DNA from: Minisyncoccota bacterium
GTDB lineage: Bacteria > Patescibacteriota > Minisyncoccia > Phycocordibacterales > UBA2100
DNA length: 64,000 bases
Assembly (NCBI GenBank): GCA_031291875.1
Contig: JARLIE010000040.1
Location: 3,011 to 67,010, forward strand
Reading direction: 5' to 3'
Shown here one piece after another: positions 27,760 to 37,750 of the stretch. The position numbers and the translations under genes were made by a program. The notes beneath the pieces were generated by a model. That model was not told where the DNA came from. It saw nothing but the letters and a program-made list of their open reading frames with translations, and ran no database searches. Position 1 is the first letter of the stretch. Each line of letters starts with the position of its first letter.

Positions 27760-28671
27760 ATGAATTGGGTACAGATGCACCCCTACAGCGCTACACTTTT
27801 GCTGGTTCTGCTCTTACTACTTGGAGGCGCTGGCTTAGTAACGAGTCGCGCTCCAGTGAACCCGACCGCGCAAAGCCTGGAAACGTGGGGAGGTGGCGCA
27901 TTGACTCCCAGCTATCAGGCCGTAGCGTCTGCGCAATCGCCCCAACAGATTGTTCAGGCTGTCGTACAAAACCAAGGGCCATCGACCCTTTCATTGCCAC
28001 CGCTTGCCACCTCAAGCCCAACTACTACACAATCGACTTCTCCTGGTTCCTTCGATTACATTGCATTTTTGGCTCAGTTAAGCGGTAATACCACTGTTTC
28101 CGCTTCGAGCTCTAAAGGAGAAACCGCTGCGCAGGCTACGGCTTTGGCATACCAATACATTCCGACCGGGCTGGTCGCGACTACCGCTGTAGCAAAAAAA
28201 CCAATGACGGCGGCTCAGCAAACACTGCACGATTATGGAAACGAGGTTGGCGGCGAGATTCAAGGGTTTGAAAACCTTCACACAAATGAAGCACAGATAC
28301 TGAAAGACCAGGCCGAAGATCGTACGAATACGGCAAAGGCGGCAGCTGTGGCAGCCCTCGGACAAGGTTTCATCGGGGTTGGAACCTATCTACAGCAAAT
28401 GCAGGATGTGCCGAGCGTTGCCACTTCGCTCCATAGCGCGCTTGCAAAGAGCTATCTCGACATAGGCACGAAGCTTCAGGCAGTAGCGCAAGCCCAGAGC
28501 GATGGCGCATTTATACAGGCGATCGAAAACTACGACACGTCTGCGAACACTTTCGTACACAACTATGGAGCCCTAGCGCAATTCTTTTCTGAACAAGGGG
28601 TGACGTTTTCGCCGCAAGATCCGGGTAGTATTTTTTCTTTCACTCAAACGAGTGGGGCGGGAGCGCTTTAA
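27760..28671 (+). CDS. Membrane-anchored helical protein (T4SS-like locus)
   Basis: N-terminal TM, S/T linker, amphipathic helical C-terminal domain; TATAGT 6 nt before ATG. Confidence 0.75.
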   Translation: MNWVQMHPYSATLLLVLLLLLGGAGLVTSRAPVNPTAQSLETWGGGALTPSYQAVASAQSPQQIVQAVVQNQGPSTLSLPPLATSSPTTTQSTSPGSFDYIAFLAQLSGNTTVSASSSKGETAAQATALAYQYIPTGLVATTAVAKKPMTAAQQTLHDYGNEVGGEIQGFENLHTNEAQILKDQAEDRTNTAKAAAVAALGQGFIGVGTYLQQMQDVPSVATSLHSALAKSYLDIGTKLQAVAQAQSDGAFIQAIENYDTSANTFVHNYGALAQFFSEQGVTFSPQDPGSIFSFTQTSGAGAL

Positions 28672-28741
28672 TCCTGCGTGATATCCCAAAAACCCTTACA
28701 TTTCCTCGTTCTTCGGTTTTTTGCAGTGCTATACTTTACAT

Positions 28742-29539
28742 GTGGAAAACCCGCTCGGCAGGGACGTTTCGCATATCAAAACGACCGCAGTTCTTGCGGT
28801 ATCCATTCTCGTCGGCGTTTTTCTCTGGCAAGCCACGCAATCATTAAACGGAAAGCCTGCTTCTAGCTCAAATGAGGCGCTTGTCGCAGCCGATCAAAAC
28901 ACAAACGGGGCGCAAAACACCACGGTTCCGACAATCACTACGTCATCGGCAACGAACACTGATCCGATCACCGCTGTTTCCGATGAAGCTGTTGGCGAAT
29001 TAGTCGGCGCGTATGCTGGCTTACAGCAGCAGGGCTCATACAGCTCAACCACAGGAGCCGCAATCGCGAGTTCGATCGGCATGGGCCTGCAAGTGCCAAC
29101 TACTTATTCGCCAATTAGCGCGACCGCTATAAAAACGAGCTCTGACACCTCTTATCAAGCCATGATGCAATATCGAAGCAACTTGCAAACGACGCTCAAG
29201 CCACTCTTAAAAAATACAACTCCTGAATACGTGCTCTTCGGCATGTACGTGCAAACAAAACAGCAAAAGTACTTGGATCAACTACTGGCGGCCGCAGGAA
29301 ATTACGCCGCAGCCGCATCTTCGACGCTCACTCTTACCGTTCCCGCAGACGCGGTGCAGGTCCAACTTGGCTTGGTGAACTCGATGAATGAATTCGCTAC
29401 AACTCTGAACAACATGACAGCGCACGCGAGTGATCCGATCGCCTCAAGCGTGCTACTTGAAAACTACAACAATGCGGAAAACGATGTATTGGGCGCGTTC
29501 CAAGCGCTCGTCACCTATGAACAAAGCAAAACGAAATAA
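28742..29539 (+). CDS. Membrane-anchored helical protein, probable paralog of the upstream gene
   Basis: TM, linker and helical domain; TATACT 6 nt before GTG. Confidence 0.75.
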   Translation: MENPLGRDVSHIKTTAVLAVSILVGVFLWQATQSLNGKPASSSNEALVAADQNTNGAQNTTVPTITTSSATNTDPITAVSDEAVGELVGAYAGLQQQGSYSSTTGAAIASSIGMGLQVPTTYSPISATAIKTSSDTSYQAMMQYRSNLQTTLKPLLKNTTPEYVLFGMYVQTKQQKYLDQLLAAAGNYAAAASSTLTLTVPADAVQVQLGLVNSMNEFATTLNNMTAHASDPIASSVLLENYNNAENDVLGAFQALVTYEQSKTK

Positions 29540-31217
29540 TATATTTTTGTTGGCGCTTTTTGTCGCGCTTCTCCCTGCTATTTCTTTTGCCGATTCGAAT
29601 CAAACGGTAGCCGTACCGCAGGGGTTCTCTGGCATTTTCACTTGCAACCAAAACGGCGCGAACGCACTGTCCGTCGGAGCGCTCGGCGCAACCGGGGGAG
29701 TATATGTGCCGGTCGCCGACGCAACGGTAGAACTCAATACGGGAACCATCGTCTACAAAGAATGTATTTTGCGGGAGGTTGTGGACGCTGAACGCGAATC
29801 CGGAACTGCCGGTTTAGTACAAGTCGGAACGAACAATATTTTGACGGGCCGAAATGGCTCCCCATATTTCGTGAAGCAACAAGGCCCCGAAACCGTACAG
29901 GTGAGCACGAACGCCATCCAATCAATTGTACAAAACGGATTGTCCGCACTCGATCCCAATATCCAACAGCAGGTCAAAAGCGCAATCGCACAGGGATACG
30001 CCAAAGCGACCTATAATGCGCCGAGCGCACTAACGTGTCCGTATGCAGGCGCAACAAGTGCGTTTAGCAATCCAAACGCACAATTTTCTTGGAACAATAT
30101 ATTAGCCGTTGCCTCGCCATGTAATCCGATCGTCGGTTACATCGACGCCAACAATCTTGCGAACGCATATGCGGCACAGGAACAAAACTGTCTGCAAAAT
30201 ATCTTGCAGTGGGGCGGCGGTTTCTACGCGGTCACAACCGGCAGCGGTGGACCTTGCGAGCAACAAATCGTTACGCCCTCTTACAATGTCGCAAATTCTT
30301 ATTCGACGCTCCTGAACAGCGGCTTCAACCAGCTACAAAGCGCCAACGATATCGGACAAATGGTCGGTGCTCTTTTTGCGGGGATCGACACACAGGTTCT
30401 CTCAGGAACCGGCGGCGGCATCAGCGGACTCTCGCAGCCGGTTGGAAGCTCGCCTTCGTATTTGCAAAACGTCGTCAATCAGGAAAATCAAAACTTGCAA
30501 ACCCAAATCGCAAATACCGCACTCGTAAACCTGCAGGCCTCACTTCAAACGGAGCAGGCCTACTACAACATCATGAGCTCGATCGCCGGCACACTTGAAG
30601 GCACGATCTCCTCATTGAGGAGTTCAGAAAATCAATGCTGGACGCAGGTAGTACAAGCGGTTTGCTCGGGACCGGTTGCAGCCAATGGAACGTGCACCGA
30701 GAAGGCGGGGCAGTGCACCGACAACGCTGATGGAACCCAAACTTGCCCGACGGGTGCCACTCTTCACGTTGCAACATCGACGGCGTTTTCTCAGGCGGTC
30801 GTCAATTCGCAAATTTCATCACTCGCCTCAACTACGGCGAACAATTTGCAAATCTCCCAGCAAGCGCTCGGCTTAATCAACCAACTGATTCAAAATGTTT
30901 CGGGCAGTTCCGCTGATGCGCAGGCGCTCGCCATCACACAGCTCAACACCTTGATCAGCAACAACGAATTGCACACCCCGGCTGACATCACTACCGCTCA
31001 AAGCCAGCAACAAGCGGTTCAGAACGCTATGCAAACACTCGCTCAAAATACCCCGAGTCTTTGGGCAGGAACCGATCCTAACAACAGCTCAAGTACGAAT
31101 ATCCCATGGAACGGCAGTACGGGAGCAACCATTACCGCGACTGACCCAGGCGTCGGTTGGTGCAATTTCAAGAACCAAACCACGCTGCAAGCGTGGATTA
31201 AGAACTGGGGAGGATGA
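29517..31217 (+). CDS. Large secreted Cys/Gln-rich protein (possible VirB5-like/adhesin)
   Basis: Signal peptide MNKAKRNNIFLLALF...SFA, >10 Cys, Q/N-rich helices; directly upstream of the VirB6-like gene. Confidence 0.7.
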   Translation: MNKAKRNNIFLLALFVALLPAISFADSNQTVAVPQGFSGIFTCNQNGANALSVGALGATGGVYVPVADATVELNTGTIVYKECILREVVDAERESGTAGLVQVGTNNILTGRNGSPYFVKQQGPETVQVSTNAIQSIVQNGLSALDPNIQQQVKSAIAQGYAKATYNAPSALTCPYAGATSAFSNPNAQFSWNNILAVASPCNPIVGYIDANNLANAYAAQEQNCLQNILQWGGGFYAVTTGSGGPCEQQIVTPSYNVANSYSTLLNSGFNQLQSANDIGQMVGALFAGIDTQVLSGTGGGISGLSQPVGSSPSYLQNVVNQENQNLQTQIANTALVNLQASLQTEQAYYNIMSSIAGTLEGTISSLRSSENQCWTQVVQAVCSGPVAANGTCTEKAGQCTDNADGTQTCPTGATLHVATSTAFSQAVVNSQISSLASTTANNLQISQQALGLINQLIQNVSGSSADAQALAITQLNTLISNNELHTPADITTAQSQQQAVQNAMQTLAQNTPSLWAGTDPNNSSSTNIPWNGSTGATITATDPGVGWCNFKNQTTLQAWIKNWGG

Positions 31218-31218
31218 T

Positions 31219-33552
31219 ATGAACTACGCGACTACCTATAAAAAAATAGTTCTCGGCTTTACGCTCTTCTTGGTTTTCGCAGGTATTTCATTTTATTCTC
31301 CGGCTATCGCGCGCGCGGACTCCACCAATCCGTGCGGACCTTCGTACACAGTTACCGGCCCTGACGCCAATCAGGACTACACATGTACGCAAGGCAACAG
31401 CTCGATCGTTGTAAATGCGTCAGGACAACCGGTCAGCGGTGGAACCTCGGCGGGAGCTAGCGTGAACGCAAACAGTCAATCGACATCCGTCAACACGGCC
31501 TGTAGCGGTCTATATGCGTTTTTTTACGATCCAGTAACCTGTGTCGGCAGAAGCGCCGCCACCTTTTTGGGAACAGCGCTGATCTGGATATCTTCTTGGA
31601 TACTCACGATTGCCGGCCTCCTCTTTAACTGGGTGATCACGAACACGATTCTACAATTCGGAAACGTCGTTAGCTCAAGCGTACTCACCGCGATCAATCT
31701 CGCGTGGAGCGTCTTCCGTGACATCTCCAACATCGTTATCATCGGCATGTTTACATTCATCGCCATCATGACCATTTTAGGCAGTACCGATTATGGCGCG
31801 AAGAAAATGATCTCTCGCGTACTCATTGTTGCAGTGCTGATCAATTTCAGCTTACTTTTCACCAAAATAATCATCGACGCATCCAACTTCACGGCGATCC
31901 AATTCCTTAATGCAGCTGCGAGCAATACAGCGTGCACAGGCTGCACCCAACTTAATCAAACTTCTCCTTCGGGCGATTCTGGTTCAACGGGGCAAACCGC
32001 GGGTATCGCGGGCGCCTTTATGCAATACGCCGGAGCAAACTCACTCGGCGATACCTACGGCGCACTCACTGCCGTAGCCAATGATCCTCAAAATGGGGGA
32101 TGGTATGCCCTCATTTACGGCGTTCTTATAAGCATCCTTGAAATCGTGGCAGCGCTGGTACTTTTTTATGGTGCCTTCATGCTTATCGCCCGGGCTATTT
32201 TGATGATCTTCTTAATGATCACCTCATCGATCGCTTTTGCGAGCTACTTGGTGCCCTCACTTTCCAATAGTTACGGGTGGAGTGCGTGGTGGAGCACCTT
32301 ATTTCGAAACGCTTTGTTCGCACCATTTCTCGCCATTTTGCTGTGGGTGACATTGACCGTCGCTCAAGCCTACAATGGTGCAGCAGGCGGGAGTCTCGGA
32401 CAGCTCGTGACCAATCCGACAGGATCGTCGTTAAATGTTGCCGCTCTCTTTGGGTACGTGCTGGTCATTGGTCTACTCTTCCTTTCTATCCGAATCGCAT
32501 CGAGTTTCTCGACACATGTAGGAGGCTTAGGTGTCGGTCAGGATATTTGGTCGCGATTCGCTGAAAATGCTTCGAAGACTGGTTCGGGAGTTTGGAGCAC
32601 AATCAGACCAAGACCGCTCGCGCAATGGGCGTCTAATAGGCAACAATCGAGTGCGGCCGAAGCCAATGAGGCGCGATTAAATGCCGCAAAAGCTCGCTCT
32701 AGCGGTAATTTTAATGACGCTCTGAAGTTCGATAAGCTTGCCGCGCAGAAATCGCGCACTGCGAATCGCTTGGGCAATTTGGCTACAGCTTCAACGGTCC
32801 TGGGCGCGCCGAAGAAGGTCGCGAGCCAGGAGGCGCAAAAGGCCTTACCGCGAGAAGAAGCGAGAAAGGAAGTTGCCTCAGCGGATGATATTCGTAAGTT
32901 GGTGGACGATTCGAGCAAGAACATGCAAGCGCTTACGGCGCAGATCGAGAAAGAAGTTCGAAGCAATGAATCGCTACAGGAGGAGCACACGAAAAACATG
33001 GAAGAAGCCACCAGGACGGCGTCGGAACAAAACGCGAAAGCCTTGAAGCCTATCGAGGAGCGAATCAAGAAACTCAACGATGATATGTCACGAGGAGGTA
33101 TCGACGACTCTCACAAACAAGAGCTCCAGAAACAACTTCTTGAATCCGAAGAATCTCGCAAGAGCGAGTTGCGACACCAAGACGAGCGTCTCAAACGCGC
33201 GCACCAAACCGCCATGTTAAAAACCGCAGGTAGCGACCTGGCAAGTAAAGAACTCAAAGAGGTGGCCGAGAGATTCAAGCAAGAACAAGAACAGGGCGAC
33301 AATGTATCCTTAACTATTCAAAAAACGCAGGAGGTTTCGAGTAAAACGCCGGGTCTTCCGCCGTCAGTCTCAATCCGCTCTGGTGGCTCCGGCCAGTCTA
33401 CGTCGAGCGGACCGCCGCGTCTCTCTCCGCCTTTGGCAGCTAACGACGATGTCGCAAAGACTCTCCGCTCGCCCGGAACGAGCATTCGCAAGATGATTAG
33501 CGGCCCGAATCCCAATGAGCAACGCAATCCAGAGGGTGGTTTGACTCACTAA
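31219..33552 (+). CDS. VirB6/TrbL-like polytopic membrane protein
   Basis: AWSVFRDISNIVII, SRVLIVAVLINFSLLFTKIIIDASN, IARAILMIFLMITSSIAFAS, WWSTLF; long charged C-terminal tail. Confidence 0.75.
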   Translation: MNYATTYKKIVLGFTLFLVFAGISFYSPAIARADSTNPCGPSYTVTGPDANQDYTCTQGNSSIVVNASGQPVSGGTSAGASVNANSQSTSVNTACSGLYAFFYDPVTCVGRSAATFLGTALIWISSWILTIAGLLFNWVITNTILQFGNVVSSSVLTAINLAWSVFRDISNIVIIGMFTFIAIMTILGSTDYGAKKMISRVLIVAVLINFSLLFTKIIIDASNFTAIQFLNAAASNTACTGCTQLNQTSPSGDSGSTGQTAGIAGAFMQYAGANSLGDTYGALTAVANDPQNGGWYALIYGVLISILEIVAALVLFYGAFMLIARAILMIFLMITSSIAFASYLVPSLSNSYGWSAWWSTLFRNALFAPFLAILLWVTLTVAQAYNGAAGGSLGQLVTNPTGSSLNVAALFGYVLVIGLLFLSIRIASSFSTHVGGLGVGQDIWSRFAENASKTGSGVWSTIRPRPLAQWASNRQQSSAAEANEARLNAAKARSSGNFNDALKFDKLAAQKSRTANRLGNLATASTVLGAPKKVASQEAQKALPREEARKEVASADDIRKLVDDSSKNMQALTAQIEKEVRSNESLQEEHTKNMEEATRTASEQNAKALKPIEERIKKLNDDMSRGGIDDSHKQELQKQLLESEESRKSELRHQDERLKRAHQTAMLKTAGSDLASKELKEVAERFKQEQEQGDNVSLTIQKTQEVSSKTPGLPPSVSIRSGGSGQSTSSGPPRLSPPLAANDDVAKTLRSPGTSIRKMISGPNPNEQRNPEGGLTH

Positions 33553-33554
33553 GT

Positions 33555-34097
33555 ATGACGGACCAAAACCTAGAACAACAGCTGAAAGAGCGCTTCGCGC
33601 AACTTCCGAAGGTTGTTCAAGAAGCCATAACGTCAGCCGACGTCCAAAAGCGCATGCGTGCGTTGGCCGATACGCAAAAATTGCATCTCGATCAGTGGGA
33701 AGCACTCGAAAACGAGGTGATGCTAGCGCTCCTTGGTTTCCAGCCGGTTCAAGATCTGCAGATAAATATTCAAAAGCAGGTCGGCGTAAGCGAAGATAGT
33801 GCCAAAGCGCTCGCGAGCGAGGTATCTAAAATTGTATTCGAGCCGATCAGGGGAGAGTTGGAGCGTCAGTTACAGCACCCGGACGCTAAAGCAGAAGCTT
33901 TGAGCGGCGTTGAGGAGGCCGGAAAACAAGCACTGCAGACAGAAAAGGCCCCAGCTGTTGCCCCGGCAACACCACCTGCAGCTCCGACGGAAGAAAAGGC
34001 AACTCGAGCACCTGTTTCTGAAAGTTACAAAGTTGGTCAACTTTCTACCGAGCGCAAAGAGGTACATGAAGATCCTTATCGCGAACCCCCAGTTTGA
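33555..34097 (+). CDS. Hypothetical cytoplasmic protein
   Basis: LPKVVQEAI...LHLDQWEALENEVMLALLG...DPYREP; 2 nt after the VirB6-like stop. Confidence 0.75.
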   Translation: MTDQNLEQQLKERFAQLPKVVQEAITSADVQKRMRALADTQKLHLDQWEALENEVMLALLGFQPVQDLQINIQKQVGVSEDSAKALASEVSKIVFEPIRGELERQLQHPDAKAEALSGVEEAGKQALQTEKAPAVAPATPPAAPTEEKATRAPVSESYKVGQLSTERKEVHEDPYREPPV

Positions 34098-34100
34098 TAC

Positions 34101-34132
34101 AGCTACGCCCCGCATTGCGGGGCGTAGCTTTT
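34101..34132 (+). terminator. Terminator within T4SS-like locus
   Basis: AGCTACGCCCCGC-ATT-GCGGGGCGTAGCT-TTT. Confidence 0.75.
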
Positions 34133-34152
34133 CGTACTGATATAATAGATGA

Positions 34153-34638
34153 ATGCAGTTTCAGGTTCCTCAATTCATTGAAGTCGAGGACAAGATCTTC
34201 GGTCCGCTCACGTTCAAACAATTTGTGTATCTTATCGGCGGAGCCGGAGCTTCTTACATTGCCTGGAGGCTTTTGCCGCTTTTCATCGCAGGCCCAATCA
34301 TTCTCGCGATTGCCGGCGGCGCGGCTTCTCTCGCGTTTCTTGAGTACAACGGTCGACCATTCATAATTTCGGTAGAGAATGCCTTCTATTTTTTGGTTCA
34401 CCCGAAACTCTATCTATGGAACAATGAGCGCAGGGCCAGAAAGCCCGTAGAACAGAAGACCCAAGACCTTGCAAAAGGGGCAGTCTATATTCCTAAGCTT
34501 TCTGATAGCAGATTGCACGAGCTTTCGTGGTCACTCGACATCAATGAGCGTGTCGCCGCCGGCATTAACGAAGACGAGGAGCGCGTTGGCGGCGTCGTCG
34601 CGCCCGTGAGAACCGCGAGAGAAGCGCTTGTTCGTTAA
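34153..34638 (+). CDS. PrgI family (VirB3-like) protein
   Basis: MQFQVPQFIEVEDKIFGPLTFKQF, 2 TM helices, NGRPF. Confidence 0.88.
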   Translation: MQFQVPQFIEVEDKIFGPLTFKQFVYLIGGAGASYIAWRLLPLFIAGPIILAIAGGAASLAFLEYNGRPFIISVENAFYFLVHPKLYLWNNERRARKPVEQKTQDLAKGAVYIPKLSDSRLHELSWSLDINERVAAGINEDEERVGGVVAPVRTAREALVR

Positions 34639-34644
34639 CACTCT

Positions 34645-35304
34645 ATGCCTACTTCTTCCTCAAATTCTTCGAACACGCGATCAACCCAAGATTTTGTCCC
34701 TGTAGCGGAGGTACGCGACGGCATCATCGTACTTAAGGATGGTTCGCTCCGCGCGGTGCTTCTCGCTTCTTCAATCAACTTCGCGCTCAAATCCGAAGAC
34801 GAGCAAACAGCATTTATCGTACAGTTCCAAAACTTCCTCAATTCGCTCGACTTTTCCGTACAGATATTCGTTCAGTCTCGTATGCTCGATATTCGTCCCT
34901 ACATCGCCACACTTGAGGCGCAATTTAAACAGCAGCTCGACGATCTCATGCGCATCCAGATTCGCGAATACATCGAGTTCATCAAAAGTTTCACCGAAGC
35001 GGCTAACATTATGACGAAGAACTTCTTCGTAGTCGTTCCGTACTCTTCGGTTTCGGTGAGTACAAGCAAGATCTCCGGCATTCTTCCGTTTGGTTCCAAA
35101 AAAACAGATCAAGCGGCGGCGAATAAATCATTCGAAGAGCAGGTGACGCAGCTCGAACAGCGCATCTCTATCGTGCAGCAGGGGTTGGTACGAACCGGCG
35201 TTCGAACCGTCCAACTCGGCACCGAGGAGGCAATCGAGTTACTCTATAAGATGTTTAACCCCGGCGAAGAAGGGAAGCCGATGGTTTTGCAGCAAGATCA
35301 ATAA
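34645..35304 (+). CDS. VirB4 N-terminal-like (TraC-like) protein
   Basis: EVRDGIIVLKDG..AVL..SINFALKSEDEQ..FQNFLNSLDFSVQI; lies between the PrgI and ATPase genes. Confidence 0.75.
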   Translation: MPTSSSNSSNTRSTQDFVPVAEVRDGIIVLKDGSLRAVLLASSINFALKSEDEQTAFIVQFQNFLNSLDFSVQIFVQSRMLDIRPYIATLEAQFKQQLDDLMRIQIREYIEFIKSFTEAANIMTKNFFVVVPYSSVSVSTSKISGILPFGSKKTDQAAANKSFEEQVTQLEQRISIVQQGLVRTGVRTVQLGTEEAIELLYKMFNPGEEGKPMVLQQDQ

Positions 35305-35307
35305 TCT

Positions 35308-37416
35308 ATGGCACTTACAGATTACCTGCCGTTTGGAAAAAAGAAGGACTCCTCCCCGGATGTGCTTCCTGTTTTGCCCGCTGAAATCTACCAAACGGGC
35401 GTACTCGACCTGCAAGATGTTATCGCCCCGCACGCGCTCAAGGTCTCGCCGAAAGAAATCGATCTCGGAGAGAAAATCGCCCGTACCTTCTTCGTGATTT
35501 CGTATCCACGATTCCTAACGACGGGATGGTTCGCGCCAATCATCAACATGGACAAGGTGTTGGATATTTCCATTTTCATTCACCCGATGGATACCAATGA
35601 AATGCTTCGCAAATTCCAAAAGAAGGTGGCGGAGGTACAATCGCAAATCGCGACGCGCGAAGAGAAGGGGATGGTGCGTGATCCGATGCTCGACACCGCC
35701 TATTCCGACCTGGAACAGCTTCGTGATTCACTCCAGCAGGCACAGGAACGCATCTTCGAAGTGGGGCTGTACCTCACCATTTATGGCTCTACACGTGAAG
35801 AAATCGACAAGGTCGAATCGGAGGTACGCTCGGTGCTCGAATCCCGTCTCGTCTATATTCGTCCGGCGCTTTTCCAACAAGAGGGCGGCTTCCGTTCAGT
35901 CTTACCGCTTGCAACGGACGAGCTTGGCGTACATACCAAGCTTAATTCCGCACCGCTTTCCTCGATATTTCCGTTCATCTCCTTCGACCTTACCTCGGAT
36001 CGAGGCATTTTGTATGGCATCAACCGCCACAATTCCTCACTAATCCTCTTCGATCGTTTCTCGCTCGAAAACTACAACTCAGTAACGTTCGCCAAGTCCG
36101 GTTCCGGCAAATCATACACAACCAAACTTGAGATTTTGCGTTCGCTTATGTTCGATACCGAGGTCATCGTTATCGACCCTGAGCGCGAATATGAATATCT
36201 GGCCGAAACGGTTGGCGGTCGCTATTTCAATATTTCTCTTTCATCCGAGCACCACATCAATCCGTTCGATCTTCCGATCCCTCGCGAAGACGAAGCCCCG
36301 TCAGATGTATTGCGCAACAACATCATTACCTTGGTAGGTCTTTTCCGCATCATGCTCGGCGGATTAACTCCAGAAGAAGACGCCATTATCGACAAGGCAA
36401 TCACTGAAACCTACGCGCTTAAGGACATCACCCCGGACGCAAATTTCGCACAGGTCGAGCCTCCGCTTCTTTCCGACTTTGAACTCGTACTCTCGGGCAT
36501 GGAGGGAAGCGAATCGCTCGTGCAGCGTCTGAGTAAATACACCAAAGGAACCTGGTCCGGCTTTATGAACCGTCCGACCAATGTCGACATGAACAAAAAG
36601 CTTGTCGTCTTTTCGGTGCGCGACATGGAAGACGACCTCAAACCGGTCGCTATGTATATTATTACGCACCACATTTGGAACACGGTCCGTAAAGAACTTC
36701 GCAAGCGCCTGTTGGTTATCGATGAGGCGTGGTGGATGATGCGCTCAGAAGACACAGCGTCGTTCCTTTTCGGTATCGCGAAACGTGGTCGTAAGTACTA
36801 TCTCGGTATCTCCACCATTACACAGGACGTTTCCGACTTTTTGAATTCTCCTTATGGCGTGCCGATGATCACCAACTCCTCGATCCAGATTTTGCTGCGT
36901 CAATCGCCGACGTCCGTCGACCTTGTGCAGCAAACATTTAAACTTTCGGATGAAGAAAAATATCTCCTGCTTGAATCCGACGTAGGGGAGGGCATCTTCT
37001 TCGCAGGACTCAAACACGTCGCAATCAAGGTTATTGCCTCGTATACCGAAGACCAAATTATCACCTCCGACCCCTCGCAAATTCTTGCCATTAAAAAAGC
37101 GAAACAGGATCTCGAGCTCTCCAACGAACCTCCTGCCGAAAATGCTGCGCAATCACTAGCTGCACAAGCGCCAGTCGTGGCAAGCGTCCCGCCTGAGGTG
37201 CCTGCAATCACCGGGAACGCTAGTGCCCAAGTTCCTCCACCCGTCCAACCTGCCCCCGCGCCCGTGCCGCCTCCCGTGACACCGGTGGTGTCAGCTGCGA
37301 TTACCGCGCCTGCTGCACCGCTTCCACAAGCCGCGCCAGCCCCTGTTGCCGCGCCTATTCCAGCACCCGCCCCAGCACCGACTCCTGCGGCCGCTCCTGA
37401 GGCGCTGGGTGTATGA
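35308..37416 (+). CDS. VirB4-like conjugal-transfer-type ATPase
   Basis: Walker A AKSGSGKS, VIDPEREY, INPFD, Walker B LLVIDEAW, RGRKY..ITQDV; P/A-rich C-terminal tail. Confidence 0.9.
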   Translation: MALTDYLPFGKKKDSSPDVLPVLPAEIYQTGVLDLQDVIAPHALKVSPKEIDLGEKIARTFFVISYPRFLTTGWFAPIINMDKVLDISIFIHPMDTNEMLRKFQKKVAEVQSQIATREEKGMVRDPMLDTAYSDLEQLRDSLQQAQERIFEVGLYLTIYGSTREEIDKVESEVRSVLESRLVYIRPALFQQEGGFRSVLPLATDELGVHTKLNSAPLSSIFPFISFDLTSDRGILYGINRHNSSLILFDRFSLENYNSVTFAKSGSGKSYTTKLEILRSLMFDTEVIVIDPEREYEYLAETVGGRYFNISLSSEHHINPFDLPIPREDEAPSDVLRNNIITLVGLFRIMLGGLTPEEDAIIDKAITETYALKDITPDANFAQVEPPLLSDFELVLSGMEGSESLVQRLSKYTKGTWSGFMNRPTNVDMNKKLVVFSVRDMEDDLKPVAMYIITHHIWNTVRKELRKRLLVIDEAWWMMRSEDTASFLFGIAKRGRKYYLGISTITQDVSDFLNSPYGVPMITNSSIQILLRQSPTSVDLVQQTFKLSDEEKYLLLESDVGEGIFFAGLKHVAIKVIASYTEDQIITSDPSQILAIKKAKQDLELSNEPPAENAAQSLAAQAPVVASVPPEVPAITGNASAQVPPPVQPAPAPVPPPVTPVVSAAITAPAAPLPQAAPAPVAAPIPAPAPAPTPAAAPEALGV

Positions 37417-37721
37417 ACGACACCGAGCCTACACTGTCACTCACGAGCAGTATCCTCCTAATCGTCATCGGACTGATAGCTGATATTGCGAAAGCGGTGC
37501 TCGACTTCTTTTTTGTCGGTTTTATTTTGGATCCATTCGTAATAACACCCATTACGGCGATTGTTTTCGGGATGATTCTTGATCAGAACGGTATTTCGAT
37601 GTTTTCCGGAAAACGCTGGGTCGCCGGTTGGGTCAATCTTGTTTTCAGCCTTATTCCCGTACTCGACTGGTTGCCCGATTGGACCGCATACGCTGTATAT
37701 TTGGCCATTAAATATCGGTAG
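37413..37721 (+). CDS. Small membrane protein
   Basis: Hydrophobic, LIPVLDWLPDWT motif; ATGA overlap with the VirB4-like stop. Confidence 0.7.
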   Translation: MNDTEPTLSLTSSILLIVIGLIADIAKAVLDFFFVGFILDPFVITPITAIVFGMILDQNGISMFSGKRWVAGWVNLVFSLIPVLDWLPDWTAYAVYLAIKYR

Positions 37722-37750
37722 CGGCTCCATTGTCACGGTATAATGAATTG

